Positions 1 to 10,174 of a DNA stretch of 32,000 bases are shown piece by piece. The notes beneath the pieces were generated by a model, which was given only the letters and a program-made list of their open reading frames with translations, had not been told where the DNA came from and ran no database searches. How positions within the stretch are numbered: the first letter of the stretch is position 1; each line of letters opens with the position of its first letter. The DNA comes from Acaryochloris marina S15 (lineage in GTDB: Bacteria; Cyanobacteriota; Cyanobacteriia; Thermosynechococcales; Thermosynechococcaceae): the NCBI RefSeq assembly GCF_018336915.1, contig NZ_CP064921.1, positions 112,268 to 144,267 of the forward strand, given 5' to 3'. The position numbers and the translations under genes were made by a program.

Positions 1-122
1 CTGCTCTGAATAACTCATATTGATCAGCGCTATCTCACCACAACACTAACAGCTAACTATTGAGGGTAAAAAATCCTTATCAAGGCCATCACAAACGATT
101 TAATAATCTCGGAGAATATTTG

Positions 123-581
123 ATGACAGCTTCTTCGTCTCAAGTGATATTGCCTATCATTGGCTGGCGCGAGTGGGTATCATTTCCAGAACTAGAAATC
201 CCCCAAGTTAAAGCCAAAATTGATACAGGGGCTCGTTCTTCCGCGCTACATGCATTTGACATAGAGCGATTCCAAGACAATGGCAAATCAATGCTTCGGT
301 TCAAAACTCATCCTATTCAAAAGGATAAAACTACGATTGTTACAGCTATTGCCGAGCTGTTAGAAGTCAAACAAGTTCGAGATTCAGGAGGACATACTGA
401 AATGCGTCCCGTCATCCTCACGGAGATCGCCCTCTCCAATTACTCCTGGAAGATAGAGGTGACCCTGACTGATCGCAGTTCTATGGGATTTCGGATGTTG
501 TTGGGACGGCAGGCTGTTCGTCAGCGCTTTGTCATTGATGTAGGTCAATCCTATATCCACAATTCAGATCCTCAAAATTAA
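123..581 (+). CDS. RimK-associated retropepsin-like protein ('ATP-dependent zinc protease' / DUF785 family)
   Basis: ORF 60..581 opens with TTG, and the in-frame ATG at 123 (MTASSSQ) is the more plausible start. It carries an Asp-protease-like motif, [15 protein letters not shown]. It lies directly upstream of rimK, as in the conserved rimK gene trio. Confidence 0.7.
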   Translation: MTASSSQVILPIIGWREWVSFPELEIPQVKAKIDTGARSSALHAFDIERFQDNGKSMLRFKTHPIQKDKTTIVTAIAELLEVKQVRDSGGHTEMRPVILTEIALSNYSWKIEVTLTDRSSMGFRMLLGRQAVRQRFVIDVGQSYIHNSDPQN

Positions 582-597
582 TGTAATCGGAATAACT

Positions 598-1502
598 ATG
601 AAAATCGCCATCCTCTCCCAGCAGCAATCTCTCTATTCAACTCGGCGACTCTTAGAAGCGGGTGAAGAGAGAGGGCATGAAATACATGTCATCAATTATT
701 TGCGATGCTACATGAATATCACGGCCCATAAGCCCAAGGTTCTCTATCAAGGAGATTCGCTGGAAGGCTACGATGCGATTATTCCTCGAATTGGGGCTTC
801 TAAAACTTTTTACGGTACGGCTGTAGTCAGACAATTTGAAGTTATGGGGGTTTTCTCGGCCAATGAATCCCAGGCAATCTCGCGATCTAGAGATAAACTT
901 CGCTGTCTGCAAATTTTGTCACAAAAAGGGATTGGTCTACCAGTGACAGGATTTGCCAATTCCTCAAAAGATATTGACGGATTGATTGAAAGTGTCGGTG
1001 GGGCTCCATTAGTAATCAAGCTACTAGAAGGTACTCAGGGAATTGGAGTGGTTTTGACAGAGACACATCAAGCGGCAAAGTCTGTCATTGAAGCGTTTCG
1101 GGGTCTGGATGCCAATATCTTGGTACAGGAATTTATCAAAGAAGCGGGGGTATGGACATACGGTGTTTTGTCGTGGGAGATCGGATCATCGCTGCTATGA
1201 AACGGCAAGGTGCTCCTGGTGAGTTCCGCTCCAATATCCATCGAGGCGGTAGTGCTACTCAAATCAAGCTAACACCAGAAGAACGAAGCACTGCAATTCG
1301 TGCTTCAAAAGCAATGGGTTTGCGGGTTGCTGGGGTTGATTTACTGCGTTCCAATCACGGCCCAGTCATCATGGAAGTTAATTCTTCTCCTGGTTTAGAA
1401 GGAATTGAAACGGCAACAGAGATCGATGTTGCAGGTAAGGTCATCGAATTTTTAGAAAAGAATGCGGGACCAGGTAAGACCCGCGATCGCATTAAATATT
1501 AA
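598..1502 (+). CDS. rimK: Ribosomal protein S6--L-glutamate ligase RimK (ATP-grasp), split by one frameshift in a G5 run
   Basis: ORFs 598..1200 and 1152..1502 together give a colinear RimK. The first ends ...QEFIKEAG; the second starts [33 protein letters not shown]...[13 protein letters not shown]. Adding one G to the run at 1146-1150 gives [14 protein letters not shown] in frame. Confidence 0.9.
1483..1490. repeat. HIP1 octamer GCGATCGC
   Basis: Exact match. A second copy lies at 15685-15692. It supports a cyanobacterial origin. Confidence 0.7.
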
Positions 1503-1532
1503 CCTTCACAAATAGTACAAAAATAAAACTAT

Positions 1533-2483
1533 ATGACCCCCATCACCGTCGGTGGTATTACAGTGGCCCCTGGCACTGAGCAACGCATCGAGTTGCCAAT
1601 CGCTCGCCTTCCCACTCAGACCATGTTGTCCTTACCCGTTCATGCGATCAATGGTCATAGTGATGGTCCACACCTATGGCTCAGTGCAGCAATTCATGGG
1701 GATGAACTGAATGGCGTGGAAATTATTCGCCAAGTCTTGGAGCAGGTTAAGCCTAACAAGTTACAGGGAGCCTTGTTAGCTGTCCCCATTGTCAATATAT
1801 TTGGCTTTATTGAGCAATCCCGGTACCTTCCCGATCGCCGGGATCTCAATCGGTCATTTCCAGGCTCTGCTAAAGGATCATTAGCTGGCCGGATAGCCCA
1901 CCTATTTATGAAAGAAATAGTAAGCCATTGTAGCCATGGCATTGATCTTCATACTGCATCCAATCATCGGGTTAATTTGCCCCAAATTCGGGCCAATCTA
2001 GATGATTCAGAAACTTATCGATGTGCTCAGGCTTTTGGTGCACCTGCCATCATCCACGCCAACACTCGGGATGGGTCTTTACGGCAAGCTGCTGCAAAGC
2101 AAGGTATTTCCGTTTTGCTATATGAGTCAGGAGAAGCCCTTCGATTTGACCAAGAGGCTATCAAGGTCGGTGTTGAAGGAGTATTACAGGTGATGACTGC
2201 ATTGAAAATGATGGACTCTGACTTCAAATCAGATCAGGGCAAAACACCACCAAAAGAGTCCAGAGAGACAAAATGGGTCAGAGCCTCTCAAAGCGGCATT
2301 CTACATTTGCAAATAGAATTGGGACAAACAGTTAACAAGCGCCAAAAAATTGGCTACATTGCCGATGCATTAGGTGATACCAATAAAAGGGTTCAGTCTC
2401 CCTGTGATGGGATAGTTATTGGTTTTACAAAAAATCCTTTAGTCAATCAAGGAGACGGTATCGTTCATGTTGCCATGCTCTAA
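1533..2483 (+). CDS. Succinylglutamate desuccinylase/aspartoacylase (AstE/AspA, M14-like) family protein
   Basis: 316-aa ORF with the HGDELNG zinc-ligand motif and a later DLH motif. It occupies the third position of the rimK-associated trio. Confidence 0.8.
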   Translation: MTPITVGGITVAPGTEQRIELPIARLPTQTMLSLPVHAINGHSDGPHLWLSAAIHGDELNGVEIIRQVLEQVKPNKLQGALLAVPIVNIFGFIEQSRYLPDRRDLNRSFPGSAKGSLAGRIAHLFMKEIVSHCSHGIDLHTASNHRVNLPQIRANLDDSETYRCAQAFGAPAIIHANTRDGSLRQAAAKQGISVLLYESGEALRFDQEAIKVGVEGVLQVMTALKMMDSDFKSDQGKTPPKESRETKWVRASQSGILHLQIELGQTVNKRQKIGYIADALGDTNKRVQSPCDGIVIGFTKNPLVNQGDGIVHVAML

Positions 2484-3077
2484 GTTTTTTGATATTGAAG
2501 TTTCTGCAATTTCAGTATCGTAATACAAACACTAAGCCAAAGAAATCCAATCCCATAGCCACCGGTAATATCCGTGGGCCAATGGACACCTAAGTAGAGC
2601 CGGCTGAATCCAATCGCACTAATTAAGAGGCTAGCTAGCCCATAGATGGTCACAGTTCTCCTCCTTCTCGAATGAAGGCTGGCTAACAAGTAAGCTAGAA
2701 AGCCATAGAAAACTATCGACCCTAGTGCATGGCCACTGGGATAGCTAAAGGTGGTCTCAGTAATCAATTGTGGCCATAGCTGGGGACGGGTTTTGTTGAA
2801 TACTAGCTTCAGTCCAGTCGCCAAAACAGCACCACCGAAGCAGTTTACAGCAAGGATATAGGCTTCTTGTCGATAGCATCGCCACTCAAAAAGGATAAAA
2901 CTGATGACTACGAGAGAAACGACAATACTTGGATCTTCTAACCGAGTAATTGCCAACATCACAGAATCCAGTGTGAGATTAGCAAACTGGTGGATTCAGA
3001 GCAGTGCGACTTTATCAAATGCAAAGGCTTCCCGCTCTAGGACTTCATTGGAGAGCTTTGCTGTCCCAAACCAGAAC
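2480..3077 (-). pseudogene. PAP2-family phosphatase, disrupted by an in-frame TGA and an IS4 insertion
   Basis: ORF 2480..2962 carries the three PAP2 motifs: KLVFNKTRP, PSGH and SRLYLGVHWPTD. The same frame continues upstream as GTAKLSNEVLEREAFAFDKVALL*IHQFANLTLDSV, with a TGA at 2996-2998. It is then cut by the IS at 3078. Confidence 0.75.
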
Positions 3078-4584
3078 CTGACTTTTCCTGCTAAGTCTCC
3101 TGGGTAGCTAACAGCCAGCCTTCAATCAGGTCATTGAGCTTCGCCCACCCTTTCCACAGGACTTGAATTCCAATCGGTGTGTTTCGACGATGCTCCAGAT
3201 ATCCCCCGAGTCGTGCAACTGCTTGAACAGCCCATGCCACCGTTAATGTTTTAGGTACCTTCGGGGTCTTGGCAATGAGAACTTTGATCTGTAAAGGCGT
3301 GAGGACATCTTGTGCAGGTAATTGAGGTTGTGTTCGTTCTAAATAAGTCACACGCAACAGCTCTACAGCAGTGACACACAGGAATCCCAATAAGGTTTTC
3401 ATTCCCTCAGATGCCAACCGATATCGCTCCACCTGAGTGCCCGATTTTAGAACTTTGTGATACTCCTCAACTCGCCAACGGTAGGTGTACCAACGCAAAA
3501 TGGTTTGGGCCATTTCTACTGTTGTCACGACTTCACTAGTGAGCAACATCCATGACACTGGTTCTTCCCCTTCAGGTGGGGCTACTTCTGTTGCATAGAC
3601 AGCGTAAACCTGAAGGGGTTGACTGGCAGCTAGTCGGGCTGGTCTTTGAAGTTCAACAAGACAACATCTCACAGCTAACTTAGCCGTGCGCGCACTCCGG
3701 CCTTTCGTTTTAGGTAAGTCAATCTCATACTCGAACTGAACACTCTGGGCTTCCAGCTTTTCCCACAGGCGATTAGGATCGTGTTCTAGACAACGATTAT
3801 GAGAGGCTCTAACCACGAGTCCCGTATTGTCTAGGGTATTGAGTCGTTCAAAGACTTCAGCAATGTCTCCTTCTCGGTCAAAGACATGAATGATACGAGT
3901 TGAAGGACCCACAGCTTTCTCCACTGCGTGCAGTGCTTCCACCCAACGATAGGATTCTTTTTCCTCAAATAGACGCTCCCGAGCAGTTTTACGCGCTTTG
4001 GTCTGACGTTTCTTCTTTTGTCGGGACGTTTCATTCTTCGGGGGCTTGGGACGATGCTGACGATTCCACACTTTTTGCCATAACAAACCCAAGGGTTGGC
4101 CCTGCTCAGGGTCAACGGCTAAGGCACTATGGAGTAATAATCCATTCCCCCCTCTGCCTTGGGGACCATAGCCTTGGCGCTTCTGCTTGATACCTTCATA
4201 GTCGAGGAAGGTGGTGTCGCCAACACTCAAGGTCATCTCTTGCGACGATACGCTACAAGCGGTCATAGAACAATGAGGAGAAATAATCTTAGCGAAGCTG
4301 GTTTTCACATTTGCGAAAACTCGTAAGACCGTTTGAGGGCTTTCCCAGTCTCAAATACGGTCGATAGGGCTTGACCAAATTTCTCGCTCAGAGAACGACC
4401 GATACTGAATGCACGGTGATTCAATCGTTGATCACCCAACTCACAGGTTCCAAAATTTTGCTCATAACGCTCTGGACTCATTAGATGCTCTCTGGGTATC
4501 ACTGCACTTACTTTAACCAAGGCTGAGACTAAGGGCTACAAATACCACCCACTAAGCACTGGAAGACTTAGCAGGAAAAGTCAG
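3078..4584 (-). mobile_element. IS4-family (IS50/Tn5-like) insertion sequence, 1507 bp
   Basis: Perfect 21-bp terminal inverted repeats CTGACTTTTCCTGCTAAGTCT at 3078-3098 and 4564-4584. They begin CTGACT, like the Tn5 outside end. A 10-bp direct repeat AAACCAGAAC flanks the element at 3068-3077 and 4585-4594. Confidence 0.92.
3091..4520 (-). CDS. IS4/Tn5-like DDE transposase, frameshifted in a homopolymer run
   Basis: ORFs 4305..4520 and 3091..4308. The N-terminus (LGDQRLNHRAFSIGRSL...YEF) parallels Tn5 Tnp. The C-terminus has YTYRWRVEEYHKVLKSG (YREK signature) and WAVQAVARLGGYL. One extra T in the minus-strand T4 run (plus-strand A-run 4316-4319) gives YEFFANVKTSFAKII. The stop codon lies inside the TIR. 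Confidence 0.88.
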
Positions 4585-4752
4585 AAACCAGAACCAGCAC
4601 ACAAACTCCAAGCCCCACCGTTCCTAGGGTCATAATCAGACTATTGATCTGAGTATGAAACTTCCGGCCCCAAAGACTGGCTAAATGATGATGTGGTGGT
4701 TTAGACATGGGCTAACTACTATTCTCATTTTGGCACTCCCTCCCACAAGGCT

Positions 4753-5205
4753 TTATTGATCTAACTGAACAATCGGCTGCTGAGAAGAATAGTTGTTAAT
4801 ATTTGCTCCAATAGTGTCATAGTTACCCTCTTTCTTCGCTTGAGGAATGTGGTTAATAGCACGCTCAAGTAATAGATTGAGCAAGGTCCTCAAACCAATA
4901 ATCAGAATTAACCGTCCAATATCTTCCAACTGTTTGGAGAACATAGTGTTGAGGATTGTAGCCCCGATCAAGAAACTAAGTCCCAAAGAAAAAGCGTATC
5001 CCATTTCGAGGCGACTTCTCTGAAATGCGATCGGAGTATGAGGTTGAAGGAGTGAATTCTTTAAGAATATGAATAAGCCCTTGCAAATTCCCACAAAAAC
5101 TACAAACAGGGCCAATAGCTGGCATAAGCTAATTAGTATCGTATTCAGAAGCAATACTAAAACTGCTAAACCATCGGCAAAAGAATTAACAGATTCCATA
5201 GTCAT
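4753..5205 (-). CDS. Small integral membrane protein (DUF1622-like)
   Basis: 150-aa ORF with three or four hydrophobic helices. The family assignment is from memory of the sequence style only. Confidence 0.45.
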   Translation of the reverse strand: MTMESVNSFADGLAVLVLLLNTILISLCQLLALFVVFVGICKGLFIFLKNSLLQPHTPIAFQRSRLEMGYAFSLGLSFLIGATILNTMFSKQLEDIGRLILIIGLRTLLNLLLERAINHIPQAKKEGNYDTIGANINNYSSQQPIVQLDQ

Positions 5206-5208
5206 TTG

Positions 5209-6679
5209 TTATTGACAACTTGCCGATAGTTCTTGGGTGGGATTACTTGTTGCTAAGCGATCATGAAAAATTTTATTTGGTTCGCTCACTAGGATTGTTG
5301 ACACCTTGAGTCGCTCTAGAAGAGGAGTTGTATGGGTCCCAAGATTTAGACCATTCCCTAAACGACGATATAGCAATCTCAATATCACAAGGTCATAATC
5401 TTTCGATATCTGAGCAATAGCTGATATGGGTAATTCAGCTTCCAGTAGTAAAGTTTTTATCCTACATTCTACTGCTGGCAATTGATCAATAAGCCTCTCC
5501 ATCTGCATTTTGATCCGGGCGCGTTCCTTTTCCGGGGATCGAGGGCTACAAATATGCAACAGTGTAATTTGGCCTTGGTTTGCCGATGCCAATATCTGCG
5601 CAAACCGCAGAGTTCTAAGAATGACAGGGTTTGGATCCTTGATGGGCACCAAAATATTTTGCAGATACAAGGGTGAGACTAGCAGCTGAGCAACTACGAC
5701 TGGGCAATGAGCAGCACACATGACTGCATATTGGATGCTATTGAACCAGCGATCATTTAATCGAGTCCGTTTGCCCATGCCTAAGACAATTAAATTGGCA
5801 TTTTCTTCCCGACCCACATGGCTAATCGCTTGGGCAACATTGCCGTCAATGCGAAGTTTGGGCTGCATATGTGCCCCAATGGATTTATTGAAACTTACAG
5901 CGGCAGTTAGTCGATGCTGACAGTATGACAAAGCCTTCTCTAGCTGAGGCGCATTCATCTGAGGTTGTGCTAATGCGATGGCTAAGGGAATGATTCGGCC
6001 ATTTTCATAGCAGGAGATCAATGCTGCCAACTCAATTAAAAATTGTTCAGTTTTTGGGTTGTATACAGGAACCACAACTGAGAAGAGTTCGGGACTATTG
6101 CTGGGAAGTGGCAACCAATCAAAGGAAAGGTTCGGGTCAAAGGTCTTTTGTACTGCTAACTGGCGAGCAAACCGAGAAGTCACCAGCGGTCCTAAGATCG
6201 ACGTGAGCAGCATCATGAGAATGACGCTGTTAAACACCTGAATATTGATGATATTGGCTTCGTAGCTCACCAACGCTGCAGCCAAAGTTGCAGCCACTTG
6301 AGGAATGGACAGTGACCACATGGCCCAAAACTGAGGCCAGCTATAACTAAAAAGATATTTGGTACAGAGGGATGCCAACATTTTAGTCGTGAGCAAAGTG
6401 CTTACAACTACCAACGGCAACTGTATCGAGGCAAAAATACTGCTGAAGGCTTTCAGGTCTAACAATAACCCCATGTTGATGAAAAACATGGGAATAAAGA
6501 GGACACTACCCAAAAATTCTGTTTTTTCTTTAACGGGGCCATCTCCAATGATGCTGTTAATGGCTAGCCCAGCTAGAAAGGCCCCAATAATATTTTCTAC
6601 TCCAATCAATTGGGCTACTACAGCACTCAAAAAGACCGAGAGCATGACAAATAAGAACTGATTACCTTCATCCTTACCT
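5209..6679 (-). pseudogene. Cation:proton antiporter (CPA2), C-terminal fragment with tandem USP-like domains (piece 3 of 3)
   Basis: Translates as ...KDEGNQFLFVMLSVFLSAVVAQLIGVENIIGAFLAGLAIN, then further TM helices and two alpha/beta USP-like repeats. The first 23 codons of ORF 5209..6750 are IS-derived, not antiporter sequence. Confidence 0.85.
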
Positions 6680-8192
6680 TTGGAGTTTAGACTAATAGCT
6701 CCTTTTAAGAAAAAGAAAAGACAGTCAGTTTGAAGCAACCGACTGCCCAATGATTAAAGCTGAAGATTGAACCTCTCAACAGCTTTATCATGACTAGTCT
6801 GGACAAACTAAAGAACTTTCGCCAGTCAATCTACTACCGATTAGGGAATGCGAAGGATGCTTTATTCGACTTGATGGATGCAGTACTTACCACTCGCAGC
6901 ATCAGTTCATTTGTAGAGCTGTCCCTCAGTCCCCTGTTTCGCCGCAAATGGCCGAGTATTTATAAAGCCCTTCAAGATGCCGATCCTTCTCGTCAACTCT
7001 TGATGGAGGCATATGCCAAGGAGATTCCCCCATCAGAGCTGATCGTCTTGGCGGGAGACCATACGGCCTGGCCACGGATTTATGCTAAGACTCTGCGTGA
7101 ACGCACATATGAACACCAACCTCAACCGCTAAGTGGTGTGAAACCCATCACCCTTGGCCAAGGGTACAGCAGCATTGCCTGGATTCCTGAAGCCCAAGGG
7201 AGTTGGGCATTACCTTTAGTGCATGAACGCATCACCAGTTTTGAAACGCCACTGGAGAAAGCCGCTACTCAACTGCGGCAAGTGTGTCTCCAACTGACGG
7301 GTCTGATTCTCTTTTTGGCAGATAGTGAGTATGGGTGTGCCCCCTTTCTCAAACAGAGTGCAGATATACTCTGTGACCAACTCTTGCGATTACGTCCCAA
7401 CCGAGTCCTCTATCAGGACCCTCCTCCATATCAGGGCAAAGGTCGACCCCGAAAACATGGTGCTAAATTCGCCCTCAAAGCTCCAGATACGTGGCATGAA
7501 CCTCAAGAGCAGCTGATGTTCGAGGACAATGAGCTGGGACGAGTGCGAGTGAGGTGCTGGACATCTCTGCATTTCAAGCAGGCAGCAGAACATCCGTTTT
7601 CAGTCATTTTAATAGAGCGATTGGATGCTCCATCCTCAAAACCGTTGTGGCTCGTTTGGATTTCCAAACAGCATCTGAGCGTGACTCAATTGTGGCGTCA
7701 GTATCTCCGTCGATTTGCCCTGGAGCATTGGTATCGGTTTGTTCGTCAACGTCTACATTGGACCGTCCCGCAACTGTCCACAGCGGAGCAAATGGAAGCC
7801 TGGTCTGACCTGATGCCAGTGCTTACCTGGCAACTATGGCTGGCTCGTACCCTCGTTAAAGATACGCCACTACCCTGGCAAAAACAGATGGCCTCATTGT
7901 CTCCAGGACGGGTTGCTGACTCTATTACTGCTCTTTTAGCTAGGATTGGTTCCCCTGCAACTGACCCCAAACCTCGTGGAAAGTCGCCGGGGTGGACGAC
8001 AGGTAGAAAAAGAACTCAGCGACCTCGCTATCCAACTGTAAGGAAAAGAGCATCTAAGCCCAAAAAGAAGGAGAAGGTAGCAGCCTAATCTACCGATTTA
8101 ACTCCCACCAACTGCATTCACGTCAGTACTTCTCTTGCGTGATAATTTCTGCTGAAGGTACTTTTTTTAGTCTAAATTCCAATTACCTGTCT
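6680..8192 (+). mobile_element. IS element, 1513 bp (IS4-superfamily, IS701-like; exact family uncertain)
   Basis: 16-bp TIRs TTGGAGTTTAGACTAA (6680-6695) and TTAGTCTAAATTCCAA (8177-8192), with one mismatch. A 6-bp direct repeat TTACCT lies at 6674-6679 and 8193-8198. Removing the element joins ...YKTG and KDEGNQ in frame. Confidence 0.88.
6790..8088 (+). CDS. DDE transposase (IS701/IS4-like)
   Basis: 432-aa ORF. Candidate DDE residues lie in LAGDHTAWP, FLADSEYG and RFALEHWYRF. The C-terminal tail is basic. Confidence 0.8.
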   Translation: MTSLDKLKNFRQSIYYRLGNAKDALFDLMDAVLTTRSISSFVELSLSPLFRRKWPSIYKALQDADPSRQLLMEAYAKEIPPSELIVLAGDHTAWPRIYAKTLRERTYEHQPQPLSGVKPITLGQGYSSIAWIPEAQGSWALPLVHERITSFETPLEKAATQLRQVCLQLTGLILFLADSEYGCAPFLKQSADILCDQLLRLRPNRVLYQDPPPYQGKGRPRKHGAKFALKAPDTWHEPQEQLMFEDNELGRVRVRCWTSLHFKQAAEHPFSVILIERLDAPSSKPLWLVWISKQHLSVTQLWRQYLRRFALEHWYRFVRQRLHWTVPQLSTAEQMEAWSDLMPVLTWQLWLARTLVKDTPLPWQKQMASLSPGRVADSITALLARIGSPATDPKPRGKSPGWTTGRKRTQRPRYPTVRKRASKPKKKEKVAA

Positions 8193-8324
8193 TATAAAAA
8201 AAGAATCTCCCAAATCGTTTGAGTCCCACTAGAATTGCAAAGGTATATAACGTCAACGCTCCTAAGAGGGTTAACAGTTTTATCGCTGTAAAGTTTCCCT
8301 GGTTGATGCCTAGGCAAATCGCTA
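8193..8324 (-). pseudogene. Cation:proton antiporter, middle fragment (piece 2 of 3)
   Basis: The minus strand reads LAICLGINQGNFTAIKLLTLLGALTLYTFAILVGLKRFGRFFFYKTG with no stop. It is in frame with both neighbouring fragments once the two IS elements are removed. Confidence 0.8.
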
Positions 8325-9558
8325 TAGATCTACAGATAAAGATCCGTGATTAGCTAGGCAGCTTGTGTACCCAAGGTTTTGCAATATTTGCCCATTAAGA
8401 CAGTAATTTCATTGGGAGTCTGACTAAAGTACAGTAGCCCCTCATCGACCTGCTGAACTAAGTCATCAAATTGCTTGAAGAACCGTAGGTGTGTGCTGCG
8501 TTTTTTGAGTTTCTTCCACAAGAATTCAATTGGGTTGAAGTCAGGAGAATATGTGGGTAATTGGAAAGGAGTAAGGCGAGCGGATTGCTGGTCAAAGAAC
8601 TGCTTAGTTGCTTTACTGGTGTGATATCTAGCCCCGTCCTGAATGAGAATAATATGCTTGTGAGTCTGCTGGAGTACTTGAGTTAGAAAAGCAGTATACC
8701 CTTCAGAATTGAAGCGTCCCGTCTGACCTTGATAGAAGAACTGACCAGAATGATAATCAATTAATCCAAACACCTTGTAAGCCTTCCGTTTACCACTGGT
8801 GGGCAATGTTGGCTGGTCTCCACGAAGACTCCAGGTGTAGCTTAACGACCCCCACTGCGCAAAACTGGCCTCATCCCCAAATAAAATTAGGGCATCTTTG
8901 GCTGCTGATAAACGCAAAATCTCAGGCCATTTGTGTGTCATCCATTCTTGTCGCTTGGCTTCATTGAGATGAGCTGCAACAAACCGTGCTCTTTGAAATG
9001 AAAAGCCTAAGTTCCTCAGTAGAGTACTCACATAATGGGGATGATAGGAAACATTGAAGCGTTTCGCAATCAGGTCTTGAACCATTAATGCACTCCAACA
9101 ACCACACTCGTATCCAGCTTTGAGCGGACCTGCTTTAATCCATGACTTGAGCTGTTGTCGTTGCCGTGGAGTGAGTTTGCTGCGACGTCCTTGAGACGCT
9201 TTGTATCTAAAGCTAGCGATACCTCGTTTTAGAAATGCATGCAGATAATCCCTGATCGTTTGTTCGCCTAGTGCCAATGTTTCAGCTACCTGTGCCACTG
9301 AACCACCTTGACCAAGCTGCAATAAAGCACTAATACGTTTGACCAGACGTAAATTCTGACTCCCGTATGCCTGGCGCAGTTTAGCTTCAATCTTTTTGCG
9401 TGTTGATTGGGTAAAGCGCAGTTTGAATTGTGCGAGCATACTGGATGACCTCTGATAATCTTGAAATCCTTGCCAGAGCTAAGAGTATCAGGAGCTAGTT
9501 ACTATATTTAATGAAGATGTAGTGTCGCTAAAACCACGGATGCTTTTCTGAAGATCTA
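8325..9558 (-). mobile_element. IS630-family insertion sequence, 1234 bp
   Basis: Imperfect TIRs: TAGATCTACAGATAAAGATCCGTG at the left end, and TAGATCTTCAGAAAAGCATCCGTGG as the reverse complement of the right end. A TA dinucleotide flanks each end (8323-8324 and 9559-9560), which is typical of IS630/Tc1. Confidence 0.9.
8354..9439 (-). CDS. IS630-family transposase (N-terminal HTH plus DDE domain)
   Basis: 361-aa intact ORF with an N-terminal HTH region, then LILFGDEASF ... IILIQDGARYH ... YSPDFNPIEFLW. Confidence 0.88.
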   Translation of the reverse strand: MLAQFKLRFTQSTRKKIEAKLRQAYGSQNLRLVKRISALLQLGQGGSVAQVAETLALGEQTIRDYLHAFLKRGIASFRYKASQGRRSKLTPRQRQQLKSWIKAGPLKAGYECGCWSALMVQDLIAKRFNVSYHPHYVSTLLRNLGFSFQRARFVAAHLNEAKRQEWMTHKWPEILRLSAAKDALILFGDEASFAQWGSLSYTWSLRGDQPTLPTSGKRKAYKVFGLIDYHSGQFFYQGQTGRFNSEGYTAFLTQVLQQTHKHIILIQDGARYHTSKATKQFFDQQSARLTPFQLPTYSPDFNPIEFLWKKLKKRSTHLRFFKQFDDLVQQVDEGLLYFSQTPNEITVLMGKYCKTLGTQAA

Positions 9559-10080
9559 TAGTACCAAAAGCGACCCAATATCCGTAAAAATAGTAGCCCC
9601 CACAGTTATTGTGATAGCTTCATCTCCGACTACCCCAAATTTCTGAATAATGGGATATGCCAGCAGAGTATGTGATGCCAAAAGCGACCCAATCAGAACG
9701 GCTGCTAGCCAGCCAAGTTGAAACAGTAGACCCACTGCAATACCACCTATCATTGGGATTGCAAAGGTCAGAAATCCAAAACTAAGAGAACGATTACGGG
9801 TCTTATGAAACTGAGCCAAATCAATCTCTAGGCCAGCGACGAACATGAGATAGATTTTGCCGATTTCTGACAGCAACTTCATAGTTTCAGTATCAGACCG
9901 CAACCAACCCAGACCACTTCCACCAAAAATTATCCCGGCAAAGAGTAACCCTACTAAACCAGGGAGTTTCAATCGTTCAAAAATAGGTGGCGTAATTAAG
10001 ACAATTCCTAGCAGTAGGACAAACGTAGCTATAGGACTGCGTAGGGTTTGATCTGCAGACTCTACAAGTAACAAATACAT
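9559..10080 (-). pseudogene. Cation:proton antiporter, N-terminal fragment (piece 1 of 3)
   Basis: Starts MYLLLVESADQ...FVLLLGIVLITPPIFERLKLPGLVGLLFAGIIFGGSGLG and runs through four or five TM helices. The stop codon of ORF 9556..10080 is supplied by the IS630 end. Confidence 0.85.
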
Positions 10081-10174
10081 AGAAAGTCTTTCCTAAAGAG
10101 TCAGATTCTCACCAAGTTTCAACTCAGATTGGCTATTGGAGGCTACTGAGTCAAGATCCTTGATTTTTTGCTAC

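Noticed and set aside
652-1262. Three minus-strand ORFs (652-912, 810-1019, 1068-1262) inside rimK, and many similar 60-110-aa antisense ORFs across the track (for example 1694-1942, 3831-4190, 5482-6661, 7325-7970, 11423-12421, 13412-13746, 14284-14991, 17971-19508, 21194-22003, 24417-25310, 27450-27788, 29356-29685).
   Set aside because: Each lies fully inside, and antisense to or out of frame with, a gene that has clear family-level homology. The sequences are low-complexity with no recognisable motifs. These are shadow ORFs.
4300-4325. Possible programmed -1 ribosomal frameshift in the IS4 transposase (ATGTGA overlap of the two ORFs).
   Set aside because: There is no X-XXY-YYZ slippery heptamer. 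Homology to Tn5 Tnp places the break in a T4 run a few codons upstream. The same run-contraction pattern also breaks rimK and groEL, so an artefact or simple indel is more likely.
6680-6750. N-terminal extension MGSRLLQTDCLFFFLKGAISLNS of ORF 5209-6750.
   Set aside because: These codons read through the left TIR of the IS at 6680-8192. True antiporter sequence starts at the TTACCT target site at 6679.
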